Below, one piece after another: positions 45,311-47,624 of a stretch of DNA of 47,624 bases. The translations under genes were made by a program, and so were the position numbers. Under the pieces are notes generated by a model, which saw only the letters and a list, made by a program, of their open reading frames with translations, made no database searches and had not been told where the DNA came from. Source of the DNA: Octopus bimaculoides (Eukaryota); NCBI RefSeq assembly GCF_001194135.2, contig NC_068983.1, positions 4,521,683 to 4,569,306 on the forward strand, in the 5' to 3' direction. Positions within the stretch are counted from its first letter, which is position 1; each line of letters begins with the position of its first letter.

Positions 45311-46371
45311 ATGCCAATCAGGTGGTACTAAATAAGTTTATTTAACAAAACAAATATAACATCACATATATACATAATACACACACACTTCAAAAGAAAA
45401 TAGACACTGCTCATTATGCCATTTTATCTGAGCAGATACAACTAACCAGTACAATACCCAAATGGGTTAAATGATTAAAAATTGCCCAAGGCACGTCTAC
45501 TAATTACTAGATTAAGTATTTAAATGCATCAAATGACATTATTTTGTTTCCAGAAATAAATCTTTCAAAAATGATTGTATCTATTTACATCTGAGATATC
45601 TGGGTCTGTGTGTATATAATATACATTCTTCATCATCAATATATACATTTTTATATAAACACACACATATATCACATGCGGGAGAGAAAGATTCTGATCA
45701 TGTAATCACAGTAATCTTGCAATATAAAAGGAATTCAATATAAGAGAATATATTCACTTATAATGTCTCCATGCAACATGGTCACATATTTCAACTCATG
45801 TCTCTACAGAGAAGACATGTGTATGTTCACAAAACCTGTGTTTGCTGACCATCTGCTGTCTCATTTGCAACATGAACAGGTGTTTCTTAGCATGCACAGT
45901 CTATCCAATAGACTCTATCAAGAACTTTAAAATTAAGGAAATAATTTGCTGCCATACATGTAACACACACACACATATACATGATTCAATGGTTTGTATG
46001 AACACTTCATGTGTGACTGTGTAGTTTGTGAAAGCCTTTGTGTATAAATGCTTTTTCATATTTTCCAGCCATTAGCCTGTTGTTGTTAAACTATATCTGT
46101 TAACCATTTCAAATTTCTGGCTACCTAAACTAAATTCTCAGATCAAATAAAATTAAGATTCAGAACCTAATAAGATAAAAATAATCTGAACAGGCAGGTA
46201 TGGCTGTCTGCTAAGAAGTTTCCTTTTCAACTACAAGGTTCTAGGTTAGTCTCTTTGCACAGCACCTTTGGTAAGGGTCTTCCACTATAGCCTTGGGCCA
46301 ACAAAAACCTCATGAGTGGGTTTCATAGAGAGAAACTGAAAGACACCCATTGTATGCATGTGTGTGAATGT

Positions 46372-46559
46372 CTTTACCCCCACCTCAAGGGGCTAAACAT
46401 AGAGTGGGACAGACAAGGACAGAAAAAGGGATTAAGTCGATTACATCGACCCCAGTGCGTAACTGGTACTTAATTTCTCAACCCCGAAAGGATGAAAGGC
46501 AAAGTCGACCTCGGCGGAATTTGAACTCAGGACGTAACGGCAGACGAAATACCGCCAAG
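46372..46559 (-). mobile_element. SINE family A nested in a family B SINE
   Basis: Homologous to 115-326; family B head at about 46195-46370 on the left and family B tail at about 46570-46665 on the right. Confidence 0.8.
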
Positions 46560-46806
46560 ACTAAAGAAGAAGAATAAGTATTGGGATTGATTTGTTCAAC
46601 TAAAATTCTTCAAGGAAGTGCCCCAGCATGGTCACAGTGTAATGAGTGAAACAAGCAAAAGAAAAACAGATAAAGGACACCATCAAATTCTTTAACAAAA
46701 TATACAATATCGAGAAGTGAAATTCAAATGAGGCTGAATATAGCTTTCGGTGAGGGAGAAGGTGGAGTGCTAAAAATACTGAAATACAATAATTAAAAAT
46801 ATCAGC

Positions 46807-46946
46807 NNNNNNNNNNNNNNNNNNNNNNNNNNNNNNNNNNNNNNNNNNNNNNNNNNNNNNNNNNNNNNNNNNNNNNNNNNNNNNNNNNNNNNNNNNNNNN
46901 NNNNNNNNNNNNNNNNNNNNNNNNNNNNNNNNNNNNNNNNNNNNNN
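46807..46946. other. Assembly gap (N)
   Basis: Run of N. Confidence 1.
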
Positions 46947-47249
46947 GTGACACCTACTCTTCCCTATATTCCCCCTTACTTATCATCACTCACCACTGGT
47001 TCATTATATTCACCCTCTCACCCATTCTCTGTCTCTCACTTTTTTTAAAACACTCTCCCAACCCCAACCCACCCATCCTCATGGTTCCTTTGCCTCTCAC
47101 TCCTACTCACTTTGTAACTTGGGGATAGGATCCACCCAGACATCTCATCACCACTAAGGTTATCCGTTTCCTGCTCTCACTTATCTCACACTTTAACTCC
47201 TCATCACATACCCTCTCTCTCTCTCTAATGTAGCTCAACTCAGTCAAAT

Positions 47250-47485
47250 GCTACATGGTAACCTCACTAGCACCAGTGCCATTAAAAAAAAGGCACCCAG
47301 TACATGCTGTGAAATGGCTAGCATTAGAAAGGGTATCCTGTTGTGGAAATCACACCAAAGAAGAAGACACTGGAGCAGAAGGCAGTTTCCAGACCCATTG
47401 GATCCAGTCAAGCTGATGATGCAAGCACTGAACATGGATGTGAAATGATGATGATGATGAAGATGATAATGATGATGATGATGAT
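47250..47485 (+). mobile_element. SINE family C, degenerate
   Basis: AAAAAAGGCACCCAGTAC...GCATTAGAAAGGGTATCC...ATGGATGTGAAATGATGATG. Confidence 0.65.
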
Positions 47486-47624
47486 TTTTCTTTCTTATTA
47501 GCAATGGTGATAATAATAAAAAAGAAATCAGTGATGACATGCAGAATAACATAGAGGAATTCATTTCAGGTAATGCACAGTGCTAATTATAGGCCTGGTA
47601 ATTAAATAGCTCAATATTGTAAAT

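Overview
AT-rich, microsatellite- and SINE-dense eukaryotic genomic DNA with four assembly gaps. The repeat landscape looks like an octopus genome; this is an inference from the SINE types, not a database result. One protein-coding gene can be reconstructed on the minus strand: 7 coding exons (29639 to 5166), all GT-AG and phase-compatible, giving a 495-aa protein with about 9 ankyrin repeats and a C-terminal SOCS box (ASB-type cullin-5 adaptor). Introns and flanks hold several tRNA-derived SINE families, RTE and CR1/Jockey-type LINE 3' fragments, a decayed Ty3/Gypsy gag-protease remnant, and non-autonomous DNA transposons (hAT, piggyBac-like, pogo/Tigger-like, Tc1-like). The most striking signal is a set of minimal type-I hammerhead ribozyme motifs (CUGANGA / stem II / GAAA / palindromic stem III / NUH) in at least four mutually unrelated repeat contexts. 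One of these is a tRNA-headed SINE with a hammerhead in its 3' tail and a Penelope-like inverted-tail arrangement. Repeat boundaries were estimated by eye and are approximate unless a TSD or TIR is given.
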